Part shown: positions 52,201 to 64,000 of the stretch, piece after piece
Position numbering within the stretch: the first letter of the stretch is position 1
Layout: each line of letters opens with the position of its first letter
Origin: the human T2T-CHM13v2.0 reference genome, Homo sapiens
DNA length: 64,000 nt
Strand: one strand, 5' to 3'
NCBI RefSeq assembly: GCF_009914755.1
Contig: NC_060932.1
Program-made: the position numbers and the translations under genes
The notes under the pieces: generated by a model
Told to the model about the DNA's origin: nothing
What the model saw: only the letters and a program-made list of their open reading frames with translations
Databases searched by the model: none

Positions 52201-52677
52201 ATATGATACGTTCTCATTCATGTGCATATGTGGGGTCTGGAGCTGTGTATCTAGTGATATTTTTTCATGTGTATTTCGTAATCTTCTAAGTAAGTAGCTC
52301 ATGTCTCTGAAGCAAATGAGATCTATTTTTAAATGAGGAACCCAGAGACCCAGGAATTGCATCTTGAGGGCATAGCGGGAGTAGGGTGAGCTGTAGAATT
52401 TAGCTTTCCTTGCAGTCAGTATGCTCTAGGTTGTTTCTACAATTAAGAGAATGTCAAGAGTTCTGGTTCTAAAACATTTACTTGGTTTTAAAATTTAATT
52501 AATTTTGTTTACTAATGAAAGAGTTGTAATGAAAAAGTGGGTAGAAAGTCAGTAGTTTCAAAATTGTTTCTTTCTTTCCCAAAAGCCATTTTCCTTTGAG
52601 GTGCTGCATAGTTCATGTCTGCGCTCTTTCTTTTAGGAAGAACAGTCTTACTGAAAAGCATCACATTGTTTTTCTAG

Positions 52678-52754
52678 GGAAGGATCTGTCATCTCGGAGC
52701 AAAACAGATCTTGACTGCATTTTTGGGAAAAGACAGAGTAAGAAGACTCCCGAG
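52678..52754 (+). CDS. PINX1: PINX1 exon 6 (GKDLSSRSKTDLDCIFGKRQSKKTPE)
   Basis: Acceptor ttgtttttctAG, 77 nt, donor GAG|GTATAA; cumulative 471 nt = 157 codons. Intron 6 runs off the end of the window. Confidence 0.97.
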
Positions 52755-54859
52755 GTATAAAGCCACGTACAGTTTCCGTGTTCCGCTTTAATACTGTCTG
52801 ATTTTCACCTGTGTATAGGACTGTTTCTATCTATGACTAGTACTTTTCTGACAAAGTTTCCAAAACACTTTGGAGGCTTCATGCACAGCCTAGATATGAT
52901 CTTTTTCATAATATTAGTGGGTAGATAATGTTTTATAAGGAATCTTTAAAAAAAAGAAGAAGTGTTTTCTGGTGTTTGGCTTTTGTTCTTTTTGTTTTGG
53001 TGTGAGGACTAGATTAAACTTGGGGAAGAACACCCATTGCCGATACAATCAGAGGGGAAAATATCTCTTCCATGGCCGAGAAGGGGAGGGATTTTGTCTG
53101 TTCTGCTCAAACTGCATTACTCCACTTGGAATGGAGGTGGGAGGAAGCATGTCACCTTCATTCTCTAGAACCAGCCTGTCCCATTCTAACAGCATTTGAG
53201 ACAGCGCTAGATCAGCACCATCTATAAGGGGGTTTGATGGGTATTTCCTCTATTATACAATATTATTTGCCTTACAACTAGAAGAAAAGAATGGGGTGAC
53301 TAAACTACACCCTCAATGGAATGAACTCCATAATTTATTCTAATTATTAAATTGGGCTGTATAATATTGCAAAGAATTTTTTGTGCTGTTTTGAAGTGTA
53401 AGAGACAGCCCTGGATATAGTTTGAGATATATTAGGATTATGGATTTCTAAAGATAACAGGCTAAAAGTATTTAGAACTGGCATTGTCTGAGAAAATCTG
53501 GAATATATGGTTGTGACCACTATTACTCAGCTAATCTGGTATGTTGTACTGATGATCTTTTATTGGTTTGTAGCCAGGGCCCTTGGTGACCATAGAACAA
53601 AAAAGAAGACTTGGTTTATTGATTCCTGGCATTTTTCCAGACTGACAGAAATCTTTATTTCTAGGGTGGTGGTTTGTTTCTTAATAGTAATAATTTTTAG
53701 AGAGTCCAGAATTACCAGTGGTTAGAAGTCTCATTAGATGATTCCCTGTGCAGATTGGGACTGAATTCCTGGGTCTTTTAGCCCCTGTCTGCCCCTGCAC
53801 CCTCAGCAGATGGAAGCAGCAGGCTGGGAAAGGATACCTGGCTTTGGTGCCTGCGCGGACTATGCTGAGTCACGGGATAGGCAGTGGTCACTAGGGAGGA
53901 GCCGCTCTGACATCAGGCCGTGCCGGCTGCTCCTTCACAAGGGGCTGCTGGAAAGAGCCGTGGTCAGACAGGCTGGCTTCTGGTTGTACCTCTGCCCTCA
54001 GTGCTCACCGTGAGACCTGGACTACGCCACTCTTCCTTGTTCACCAAGGACATGGCCTCTGGCTTATCCCAGCCTCCTCTCCAACCCCTCTTCCTTGACT
54101 CTCTCAGTCGTCTCCGTGTCCTCAGGAAGAACTAGAATTCCAGTCCCGCGCCTCTTGAACTCCATCTCCTTTGCTCTGCCCAACAGCTGCCCCCACCCCA
54201 CGATCACACCCTGAGCCTTTGTATCAACTCCACGTCCCTCCCATACCTTGAGATAACCCCCATCTCCCCAGCCCCGTGGGGCTCACGTGCCTTCTGTACT
54301 GGCGTTTCCACATCCCTGCACGTTGATCCTCTCTTCTGCCTGCTGCTCACCCACCACCCCCAGCCTTTGCCCTCCCGGACACCCTCTATGAAAATGTACA
54401 GTTGAACAGATCAGGGAGGGAAATGTTACTTGTGGGCTTTTGTAGAACTTTAAGAGAATTTATGTGTTTGGTGCAGAAAGCTCTTAGTTGTAAGAGATCA
54501 GAGGTTTCTGATCCTCTGGCAGATTTCTGTTTGAGAATTTATTGGGTGTTGGGTGCCTTGAGGTTTTCAACACTGTGTGGTGTTACTTGACTCTTTGGTA
54601 GCTAAGTCATGTTAAAGTGAGACACCCACCTGTGTTTGAGGAGCTTCAAAAGCAGTTCCCTAATGCTAGCCCCAGGAAAATCTCTTTTGGTCCAGTGTGT
54701 GTAGAGATGATCAACCTTGATGCAACATCGTGTTTTGTGTGAGATTTCCATTAGTCACATCTCTCTCTCTCTTCCAGTTCAGTGTTTTCTTCCAGTGATA
54801 AATTTAGGTCCTACCTGTTGGTGAGGTGGTCTTCTACCAGGCCCTGCTCTCCGTCTGTA

Positions 54860-55080
54860 GCCATAGTTCTCAACAAGGTCGTCCTGGCATTGCCTAATGA
54901 GCTTTAAACAAATGCTAATGCCAGGGTTCTGCCCAAGACCGATTAAATTAAATCTTGGGTCAGGGTCCAGGTATCTATATTACAAAAGGAGAAAAATCTA
55001 AAAAAAATTTTTTTTAATTCCTCCCCAATTGTTGCAGCAGTTATTCTGACGTTCAGTAAGGAGCGAGGGTTGAGAACACG
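54860..55080. mobile_element. MER5-type DNA transposon relic
   Basis: agttctcaac...aaatgctaatgccagggttctgccc...gggttgagaacac with terminal inverted motifs. Confidence 0.6.
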
Positions 55081-55944
55081 GGGATAGCCTGCCATGCAGC
55101 TGTACTGAGAGCTTCTGGCTTCCGGGTCGTGAGTAACCCTGAGGACAGAGCTCCTCAAGTCCTGCCGTGTGTACAGGTCTTCCCTGTCAAACTGCAGATT
55201 CCAACTCAGGAAGCCTGGGCGGGGGCTGAGAGCCTGTACATCCCCATCCGAGGAGCCCCCAGGTGATGCTGCTGCTGACCTGTGTGCCACACTTAGGAGG
55301 TCGCGTCTAGGCAGTATTTTCCTTTTGACATGCCTGCATGTGTGCAGAAAACAGAATCTATTTAAATGTAATCACATTTAAGACAAACAGAGTATCTTTC
55401 TATAAAGCAAAATGACCTCTACATTTATCTTTGACATCCTTGTGGATGTTCATATGTTAAGTTTGCTTTTATTGAGGTATACCGGTACCTTCCTTGAGTA
55501 GACTATTGCTAAGAAACCTTAACCTTGTTAGTTACAACAGCCCTTATAGTCAAAGGCAGGAGGACTTTGATCAGATTTGTTTGAAAATACAACCTCTTTC
55601 GGCTCCCATCCTCAGTTGGCGGGAATGTTGTATGTTGTTGCTTCGCTTGACTCTCATAGCTCCGTCGGTCTGGATTTATATTTGGCATTGCAGAGGCCAA
55701 GGTGTTGCTGGAGGTCACCTCCCTCCAGAGTCCTGGAAACCGTGGTAGTGCGGGCCACTAAGGTAGCAGTAGCTCTGTGGGTGCTCTAGTTAGGTGCCGA
55801 TGCTGATCTGTCTTCAGCATCCAGAGTTCCAGAACGTTGGCGTTAACCATGTTCTTGGCTTGGGTAACAGCATCACCCTTGCAATAAGGGAAGCCTACTG
55901 ATTTTAATTTCTACAGCTCCTGACTGCCATCGTAGAATTCCAAT

Positions 55945-56110
55945 TTTATTAAGCACCTGTGTGCCAAACCCTGTGCTGGATTTTTCTCATTTCATCCTCA
56001 CAGCAATCCCGTCATGTAAATATCAGTATCTCCTCTGTAGCAGTGAGGAAACTGAGGCACAGAGAGAATTGTTAGAATGCTCCAAAATGGCACACGTGGG
56101 CTTTAAATCT
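55945..56110 (-). mobile_element. MIR
   Basis: tctcatttcatcctcacagcaatcc...gaggaaactgaggcacagagag. Confidence 0.75.
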
Positions 56111-56594
56111 GTGTCCGTCCAATTCCAAAATCAGCCTTTCTCCGATAATACAGCAGTCCTGCCGAAGTTAATGAACTCTTTCTCATTTAACAAAAAATCT
56201 ACATTGAAGGGGGTTAGTTAGGCCTTAGCAGCTTCTGTTGAGCTTCACCAGAGACACCAGTGGTTGATGCTGTATCGTAACTTTGTGGGAAAATGATTGG
56301 CTGTTGCTATTTTGTGGAAAATAATGGTTTAAATTTCAAAACTTCTTTACCTTACCTGTAGTCAGAGGTGAGCTGTTAGGGGTTGACAAGCATGTGACCA
56401 GGTGTCCAGGCCAGCCTGAAGAACGACTTGACTTCCTTATTGGCTGGAGGCTGAATTAAGAAAGAGCTTGAGCATCTGGAGCATAGATGTTGTGTTGCTT
56501 GTGTATTTTTTCGTCTCTCTATTGAACTGGATGATCTGAATGTATTTATATCTAAGAAACATCTGCAGCCCTTGATTAATAGTCATGAGGGTTT

Positions 56595-56870
56595 TTTCTT
56601 TAACTTTTTATAGATGAACAGGATGTTGCAAAGATAGTAAAGGGGTTCTGTGTACCCTTCATCTGGTTTTCCCCAGTGGTTACATCTTACGTAACTACAG
56701 TACAGCATGATGAAACCAGGAAATTGGCATTGGTACCATCTGCTCATACAGCTCTGTGCCCCTTTATCACATTTGTGGATTGTGTAACCATTATTATCTC
56801 AGTGAAGATCCTGAACTATTTCATTACCACCAAGGCCTCCCTTGTGCTAACCCCAATCATAGTTGCATAC
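56595..56870 (-). mobile_element. L1MC-type 3' fragment
   Basis: ttctgtgtacccttcatctggtttccccagtggttacatcttac...aaaccaggaaattggcattggtac, similar to the element at 45735. Confidence 0.65.
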
Positions 56871-57703
56871 CCCTCCAACACCGCCCGTGACCCTGACAAT
56901 CACAGCTGCCGACAGAATCGTCTGATTAGGAGTGGAATATCATGTGTACAGACCACATGGTCTCTCCGTTTGATGCTGAGGCTGCTCAGATCTGCAGGGG
57001 TCACTACCCAGTGCTAAAGGCCGATTGTCGTTTCCATGATCTACTTCCTGCACTTAGCCATGCTCAGTGTTATTTTCTATTTTATGAGTCTTTAGAGAAC
57101 TCCTTGTAGAGATCAAATCATTTGATGTCTTTAAAGTTCACTCCAATTGGTTAAATCATTTACTTAATAACTTCAGGGGTATGTTAAACTGTGAAGTGAT
57201 ATGTAAGTACAAAGTGGTATCGTGACCAGTTTTGTCATCTGTAGCCTGCTGGTGTTGGAGAGCTCATGGTGTTGGCAGTATCTCAGGGTACACTCACTAT
57301 AGTGAGTTTGTGACCTCCTTTAAATTGCATGCAAAACATGTGTGGGCCCACGTGCAGAGCTTTCATTGGATTTTCGAAGGTGTCCTTGGTCCAAAAAGAA
57401 GCTTTAAAATCTAAGACTATGCATTTAAAAGTCTTCATTCAAAAAAAAATTACTTAAAATGTAAATTTTCTTTGTGCGCATATTAGGAATGAACTTTGTG
57501 TTGTGTAGTGGAACAAACTATGCCAAGTAAAGAATGTGCTCTCTTAATTATTTTGAATATAATGTATAGAAATTAAAAGAAAATTATATCAAAGCGAAAC
57601 AACAATCCAAGCTAAATGCAAGATTCCTAGGACATGTTTATGAAACTTAAATCATGCTTTCTGTCCTCTCTCTGACCTTTTTGCGTCTAATAAAGAAATT
57701 GCT

Positions 57704-58005
57704 AGCTGGGCACAGTGGCTCGTGCCTATAATCCCAACATTTTGGGAGGCCGAGGCGGGAGGATTGCCTGAGCTCAGGAGTTTGAAACCAGCCTGGGCAA
57801 CATAGTGAGACATCGTCTCTACCAAAAATTTAAAAAATTAGCCAGGCTCAGTGGCATCCACCTGTAGTCTCAGCTACTCAGGAGGCTGGAGATGGGAGGA
57901 TTGCTTGAGTCTAGGGGATTGAGGCTGCAGTGAGCTATCATCACGCCATCGCACTCCAGCCTGGGTCACAGAGTGAGACCCTGTCTCAAAAAAACGAAGA
58001 AAAAG
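57704..58005 (+). mobile_element. AluJ with TSD aagaaattgct
   Basis: Full dimer; TSD at 57693-57703 and 58006-58016. Confidence 0.93.
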
Positions 58006-60939
58006 AAGAAATTGCTTCACTGTGTTTTACATGTGGACTTTTTCATTTGTGGCATACACTGGCTAGCGAACACCTTAGAGAGGATTTTTGTTCTCATTCC
58101 TGGGTCCCCAGCATGTGACTGGCTCCAGTGCTTGGCACGTGGTAGGGATTCAGTCAGTTGAAGCCTCATCATTCTTCTCTTTTTAAAAAATGGACTTTGT
58201 TGCCATAAAAATCATGGTTTGTATAGCATCATGGTTGATATTTGAAATGTCTTTTCCTTTTGAAACGTTCTAATAAATAAGTATTTCTTCTCTGAGAGTA
58301 GGAAGTACTCATAATCTACATTCTACGCCATGCACAATCTACTTGTGGATTCTTGAGAAAGGATTATTGAATAAATGTTTGCTCACACCATTTTATGTTT
58401 TTAAAAATCAATCCAATTTGCCAGAAACTGGCTTTCAGACCTTGCATTTCACTCTAGAATAGTTTTTCACGGCTGTGGCTGTTTTTCATTGCTCAGAAGA
58501 TAAAGCATTCCTACTGCTTGAAGGACTCTCCTCTGACTTCATTGGTGCTTCGTATTTCCTCCAGACACAGCAGCTGTCAGGAGGCGCTGTTTCCCTGCTG
58601 AATCCGGCTATTCAGAAGTACTTGCTTCAATGGTGAAAGATCATCACGAACTGCCAGTTGCTCAGAAAACTTCTCATAAACTGTTCTGTGTGGGGACGGC
58701 TGGTTGCACATTTCTAATTTCCAAGTTCTTCCTTTTCCCACCATCTTTGTTGTATATTGATTTGGAAGATAATAACTGGTTTGGAGTGCACCTAAATTGG
58801 AGATGTATGCACTTTCTGTGGAGACAAAGAAATGATCGAAGATAATGAATTGAGATTCCCAGGGCCCCTTGAGACCTGCAGCAGGTACTTGTGCTGACCG
58901 GTGCCTGCCGGGGCCTGTGTACATAAGCGTGTGTCTTCTCTCACTTGGTTTGCAATTTGAAGTTGGAGACACTGAAAAACAAATTCCATCAGTTCCTATC
59001 TGGTTGAACTTCCTGCTACTCTTTTTTTTTTTCCTCTCTCATTTTTTTCCCTCCCCCACCTTCCCAGTTTCCTTCCTCTCTCCAGCTTGTTTCCGGATTG
59101 AGCCTTATCACTAGAGAAAATACTCCGAAACCAGAGTGAGGATGGAGAATGTGTTACCAGCATTCTCACTTCGTTTCTCTGTTTAGCATGCTTCTGGCAT
59201 GGGCTCCTGGCAAAATAATTCTCCTTTTCTTCACCTCTCTAACCTGATTGAATTAGAACCCTCATGAGAGTTTCACTCTCCCAGGATACCAAATCAATAA
59301 TCATTTTCCTTGAAATTCTTCTGCTGGCTTTTGCTTTTTGAGGCAAAGCATGACTTCTTTGCAGTTTGTGTTCCTTTCTCGTCTCTGTCAATCTCCTTTT
59401 TTTCCCCATTGCTTGCTGATTATCCAGTCTGAAAATGAATTCCGAGCAGACGCTTCTGCTTTGCTTGGTGGAATTCATGAGGTATTTTGGACCATTCATT
59501 TTTCTGGTTGGATTCAATGCCTTAAGTTCCTCATGGGGAAGATCACTGAGAAGAGTCTCTTTATTGCCTTCATTTTTCAAGTGCCTTTTAATTCAAGGGT
59601 GTTTCTCCTTTTCTGAATTTTCACACTGATACCCAACATTTATGGTTAGGTGAGTTTCAAGAGGGGTTTATAGGAGGTGGATCCCCCTTCCTGCACCTAT
59701 CGCTCTACCCTCCCCCCACTCCACATCTGGACACCAAAGTAATCTTCTAATTAAGAACCTTGTAGTTAGGGAGAACTATAAGCCCACAAACAAGCCAATT
59801 AATACACTTGAGTTCCAAAATTCATTTTTTCCCAACAGTGATGACTTCAGTAATTCTTGTCATCATTTTGACCATTGATAACAGAATCCTGATTCAAAAT
59901 GATCGCTGTGAGCTGGGACAGTTGGCCAAAACATTTTCACTGCTTTAAGGTGAAAGCTTAGGAAGATATGTACAGTCATTTACTTCTAGAAAGATCTAAT
60001 TTGCTAGCAGCTAGATGAAAATTAGTTAGAAGGTAGGACATGTATCCTGACCACAAGTTTAACCTAAGCCAAATTGTGTCTGGTCGCACCTGTCCTGAGC
60101 GCAGGCTGGGCGGTGTCAGGGAGGCTGGGCGGTGTCAGGGAGGCTGTGCCCACTTGCTGAAAGCAACAGACTTGTAGCTTGTGTTCCTCACAGGTGACTG
60201 TGCTTGAACGGCTCTGTGCGGGCCTGGGTGTCATGGGTGTCATGTTTTCAAGGAGTACGTTCAGGGAATTGCCTTCAGGGACAGTGGCGTCTGGAAAGCA
60301 AGTTATGCACAGAAACAGATGGAAGAAATGGGTGTGGTTATCAGGGTGACAGTTTGGACAAAGGAAGAACTAGCACTGACTGATGAAATTCATCGAAAGG
60401 TAACAACTCAGGAAAAGGAAGCAGCCTGCATGGGCTGGCAGAGCTGCTGGCCACAGTGCACGTCTCCTTGGGAGTGCCCTGTGCAGGTTCTGGTACCAGG
60501 CAAGAGTCCCAGCTAAATGCATTCAAGCCCTTCCAGCTCTGACCTTCTCTCATTCTGGAGTAAAGAGAACACGTGAAATGATCACATTTGAAACGGTGCT
60601 GGAAGGTTTAAGTCTTGACTTGAAGTTTTACGTTTTCCTCGACCACAAAGGAGAGGACATTACTTGGATTCTTCTTGATTCTTACATACTTGAGCAATTT
60701 TGGCTTTATCTACTTATGCGCTTTATTCAGTAGATGAATGTGAAAGGCTCTTGATGTGTCCAAACAAGAGATCAAATAGACTTCAGGTAAAATAGCAAGT
60801 GATCTGTCTTAGCAGATTCAAGACTTAAAGAGTAACTGCAACTGTTGAGTGTCAAGGTGAAGTTACCTTCACCTTGGGTAGGGTGTTCCAATTTTATCTG
60901 TAAACTCAGTTATCTATAAATGAGTCTTGAGTTACTTGT

Positions 60940-61475
60940 TTGTGTAGCAGATTCTGTTTTCCAAAGATGGCCTCAGTGATACCTCTCATTTCACATGCTC
61001 TTCTAAGTGGGCCCTTACCACCTCCACACCAGGAGGTGGAGTCTGGCCCCCTCCCCTCTACCCAGGTGGGCCTGGAACTTGCTTGTAGCCAAGACAGTCT
61101 AGCAGTAGGGTTCCAGGTGACTTCTGAGGCCTCGTTGGCTGGAACACTTGCTCTTGAAGCTTTCATGTAAATAGTCCAGCTGCCCCGAGCCCCAAGCTAT
61201 GAGGAGGCCCGGTGCCCAGGCAAGCCCCCGTGGAGAGACCATGATCAGTGAGTTATGCAGGCACCCCGAGCTTGCCTGGGGAGCAGGTGCCTGGCCAGCT
61301 CCCCGCTTTGCTAGCTCTCCCCACCTTTTGACAATATCCGCGTGAGAGACCCTGAGCCAGGACTGTCCAGCCCAGCCCTTCCTCGAATTGCTAACCCACA
61401 GAAATAGGGTGAACAGGGAAATGGCTGATATGTTTGAAGCCACTGAGTGTCAGGATGGTTTATTGTGTAGATAAA
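60940..61475 (+). mobile_element. MLT1 (G/H-like) MaLR LTR
   Basis: tttccaaagatggcc...caggaggtggagtct...cccagcccagcccttcctcgaattgctaacccacagaa...tgtttgaagccactgagt. Confidence 0.75.
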
Positions 61476-61649
61476 TGAAATGGCTGTCTCAGGATTTGTC
61501 TTCCTGTGGTTCTGTGGTTAGACATTGATACCTGGTATCAAATATATATACCTGGTAGAACCATCTGAGCCAGTAGAATGAGGAAATCAGGTCATCTAAT
61601 GAATGTTCTACTCTGGTTTCTTCTAAAGGGCAACTGGTTCAGGGCCATA

Positions 61650-61880
61650 TAGTGTTGTGAATAGGCACTTGAGATCTCGTTTCATATGCCTGCATTTGAG
61701 CCCAAGAGTAGTTTGAAGACTGTGTGATTTGGGGCAAGTTATTTAACCTCTCTGAGCCCCAGCTTCTTCATTTGTAAATGGGGATAATAAAAGATCCAGG
61801 GAGGATTAAATAATAAGCCACGAAGAACTCTTAGCGAAGTGCCCAGCACATGGTAAATGCCCAGTGCAGCTTAGCTGCTG
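61650..61880 (+). mobile_element. MIR
   Basis: gggcaagttatttaacctctctgagccccagcttcttcatttgtaaatggggataata. Confidence 0.8.
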
Positions 61881-62712
61881 CTGCTGTTGAGACCACTGTC
61901 GTCACAGTCAGCACCAACACTCTCACAGTTTAAAATGGCCAATAATAACTTATAGGAAACATCCTTTGGAACTGAGAAAATTGTATCTGTGTGTGCGTAG
62001 TCACAATATTTAATATAAACCTACTGAGTGAACAGGGTCATTGCTGAGAAGCACGTCCTTCTCAAAGTCCTCTAGTGAAGTGACTCCTGTCTGCCATTTT
62101 GCCATTACAGCAGTGGTAGAGGACATCCTAACGCGTCAGTTTTGTTTAATTGATGTTGAAGATAAGTAATGACCAAGGCAGTGACCTTCTAATACCATGT
62201 TCTCTGCAGTTTTGGGTGGAAGTACAGACATTTGGTTACTTGTTTTCCTTCACAGTAGTGAGCACCTGCTGACATGCTCGGTAGTTCCCTTGTTGACTGC
62301 TTGCCTTCCCTTAGGAGACTGGGATCCCCGTGAGGGCAGGAATTTTTATATTTCCTCATATCTAGAATTATGCCTGGCATGGAGTGGGTTCTCAATAAGG
62401 TTCTTGCTGAATTGAATTCATCTGTTGAAATATGCCTTGAACAATCTGGGGACACAGGAAGGGAGCTGCTCATGCTCACTGAGTCTGTCAGGAGGCACAG
62501 ACACACAGAAGAATTGGAAGTTGAGCTAGGCCTGAAGGGTAGGAGTTCTCTGGCTGGACAAGGCATCAAAAGGCAAAAGCAGCATGAGCCACGACTTGTC
62601 CCGGCCTCCAACACAAATGCCAGTGGGGTCCAGGAATATAACTAGCAATGTGGAAGTCATCGTTAAATCAGTTGGGAAGGAAGGAAACATTAGTGTCTTG
62701 TCTGAAGGCTTC

Positions 62713-63114
62713 TGATATGGTTTGGACGTGTGTCCCCTCCAAACCCCATGTTGAATTGTAATCCCCAGTGTCGGAGGTGTGACCTGGTGGGAGGTGTTTG
62801 TGTTGTTGGGGCGGATCCCTTATGCATGACTTGATATCCTCATGGTAATGAATGAGTTCTCACTCTGAGTTCACACGAGACCTGGTTGTTTAAGAGCCTG
62901 GCACCTCCTCCTGCCATCTGGCCATGTGATGGGCTGGCTCTCCCTTCTCCTTCCACCATGATTGGAAGCTTCCCAAGGCCTCACCAGGAGCAGATGCCAT
63001 CGGCACACCTCCTATGCAACCTGCAGAACTGTGAGCCAAAATCAAACCTCTTTACTTTATAAATTACCCAGCCTCACGTATTTCTTTATAGCAATACAAA
63101 AACAGACTAACACA
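62713..63114 (+). mobile_element. MST (MSTB-like) MaLR solo LTR
   Basis: tgatatggtttggacgtgtgtcccctccaaa...tttctttatagcaatacaaaaacagactaacaca; near-TSD gcttc/acttc. Confidence 0.88.
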
Positions 63115-64000
63115 ACTTCCAAGATTCATAAAATTAGAATGATGAACGAGGATGGTGATGATAAAGTGTGTGATTGCATAGCAAAGACGAGCTCCTTAGA
63201 GCCGCTTTGATGAGTGTGCTGTCAGTGGACATGTTGAAGATGTGCTTCTTGTCCTGGATGTGTGAATGTTCCTATCTGTCCTCCTCTTGAACTTCACTTC
63301 TTTGTGTTTTCAGTGCCCTCACAGCATAGGAACAGGTAAGAAGCTTAGAGAACCCACAGTGCAGTGGGATATTGGCTGGCTGGAGTGACTTTGGTGTGAA
63401 TAGTGCTTGAGATGGGTTACTCACAGCCTCTTCTAATTCAGAGTGCAGGGAAAATGAGCCCCGTGAGTAAGAAGCATTACAGAGCTATATTTTCTATTGA
63501 GCACAGCTTTTGATAAAAGGAAGAAGAGCTAAATATTGACTTTTGGGGCCTGTTCTGTCAGTGGTCTGTAAATCAACAGATAAATTATTGCTCTTCAGAA
63601 ACAGGAAGGCTACTCTTTCGCTTGAAGACATGTGTGCCTTTCTTTTATTTGTTCTTTCTCTTTTTTGGTAGAGGATCTTCCCTCCAGCCACTTGCTCCTT
63701 AGGGGTTTTGTTAAGGACTGAAGGGGAACTGAAGGGAGCTCTTTTGATTTATCTTCTGTTCTTTCCTTTTGGTCACTCCACAGGGCTAAAATAGCCGAGT
63801 TGGCTTTAATGTGTCGCCATTAGAGACCAAACATTAGCTGAAATAAACCATCATACCTCACAATGAAAAATGTTCTCTGATTGGCTAATTAATCAGTCAA
63901 AGGGGAATGACATGGCTCTCGGCTTGAGGGACTCTGCTAGAGAGAAACAGGCTGTTGATAAATGGTTTTCCAACAAATTCATATATCAAGGAAACTTAGT

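Overview
Human (or very closely related great-ape) genomic DNA from chromosome 8p23.1, read in the sense direction of PINX1. The right half holds the PINX1 CpG-island promoter (~32.9-33.7 kb) and coding exons 1-6 (157 codons, all GT-AG, including the G-patch domain). The last exon, which encodes the telomerase-inhibitory C-terminus, lies beyond the window. MIR1322 sits in intron 5 beside a strong CTCF motif. From ~18.7 kb onward the sequence is rich in transposon relics: Alu, MIR, L2, L1M, MLT1/MST, LTR8, MER57, MER21, MER5/58 and a truncated Hsmar2 mariner. The first ~17 kb has very few repeats and carries several blocks that look like 3'UTR sequence, plus two plausible polyadenylation sites (~13.5 kb and ~16.95 kb). 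My main hypothesis is that this is the distal part of an unusually long 3'UTR or read-through extension of the upstream same-strand gene, recalled to be XKR6, which is not in the window. Other leads: a near-perfect 42-bp fold-back hairpin made from a MER58 fragment; a poison alternative acceptor before exon 6 whose stop codon is the canonical acceptor TAG; an old ~85-bp direct repeat bracketing exon 5 and MIR1322; two minisatellites. I found no other convincing protein-coding gene. Gene, miRNA and repeat-family names come from recognising the sequence by memory, not from database searches, and repeat boundaries are approximate.
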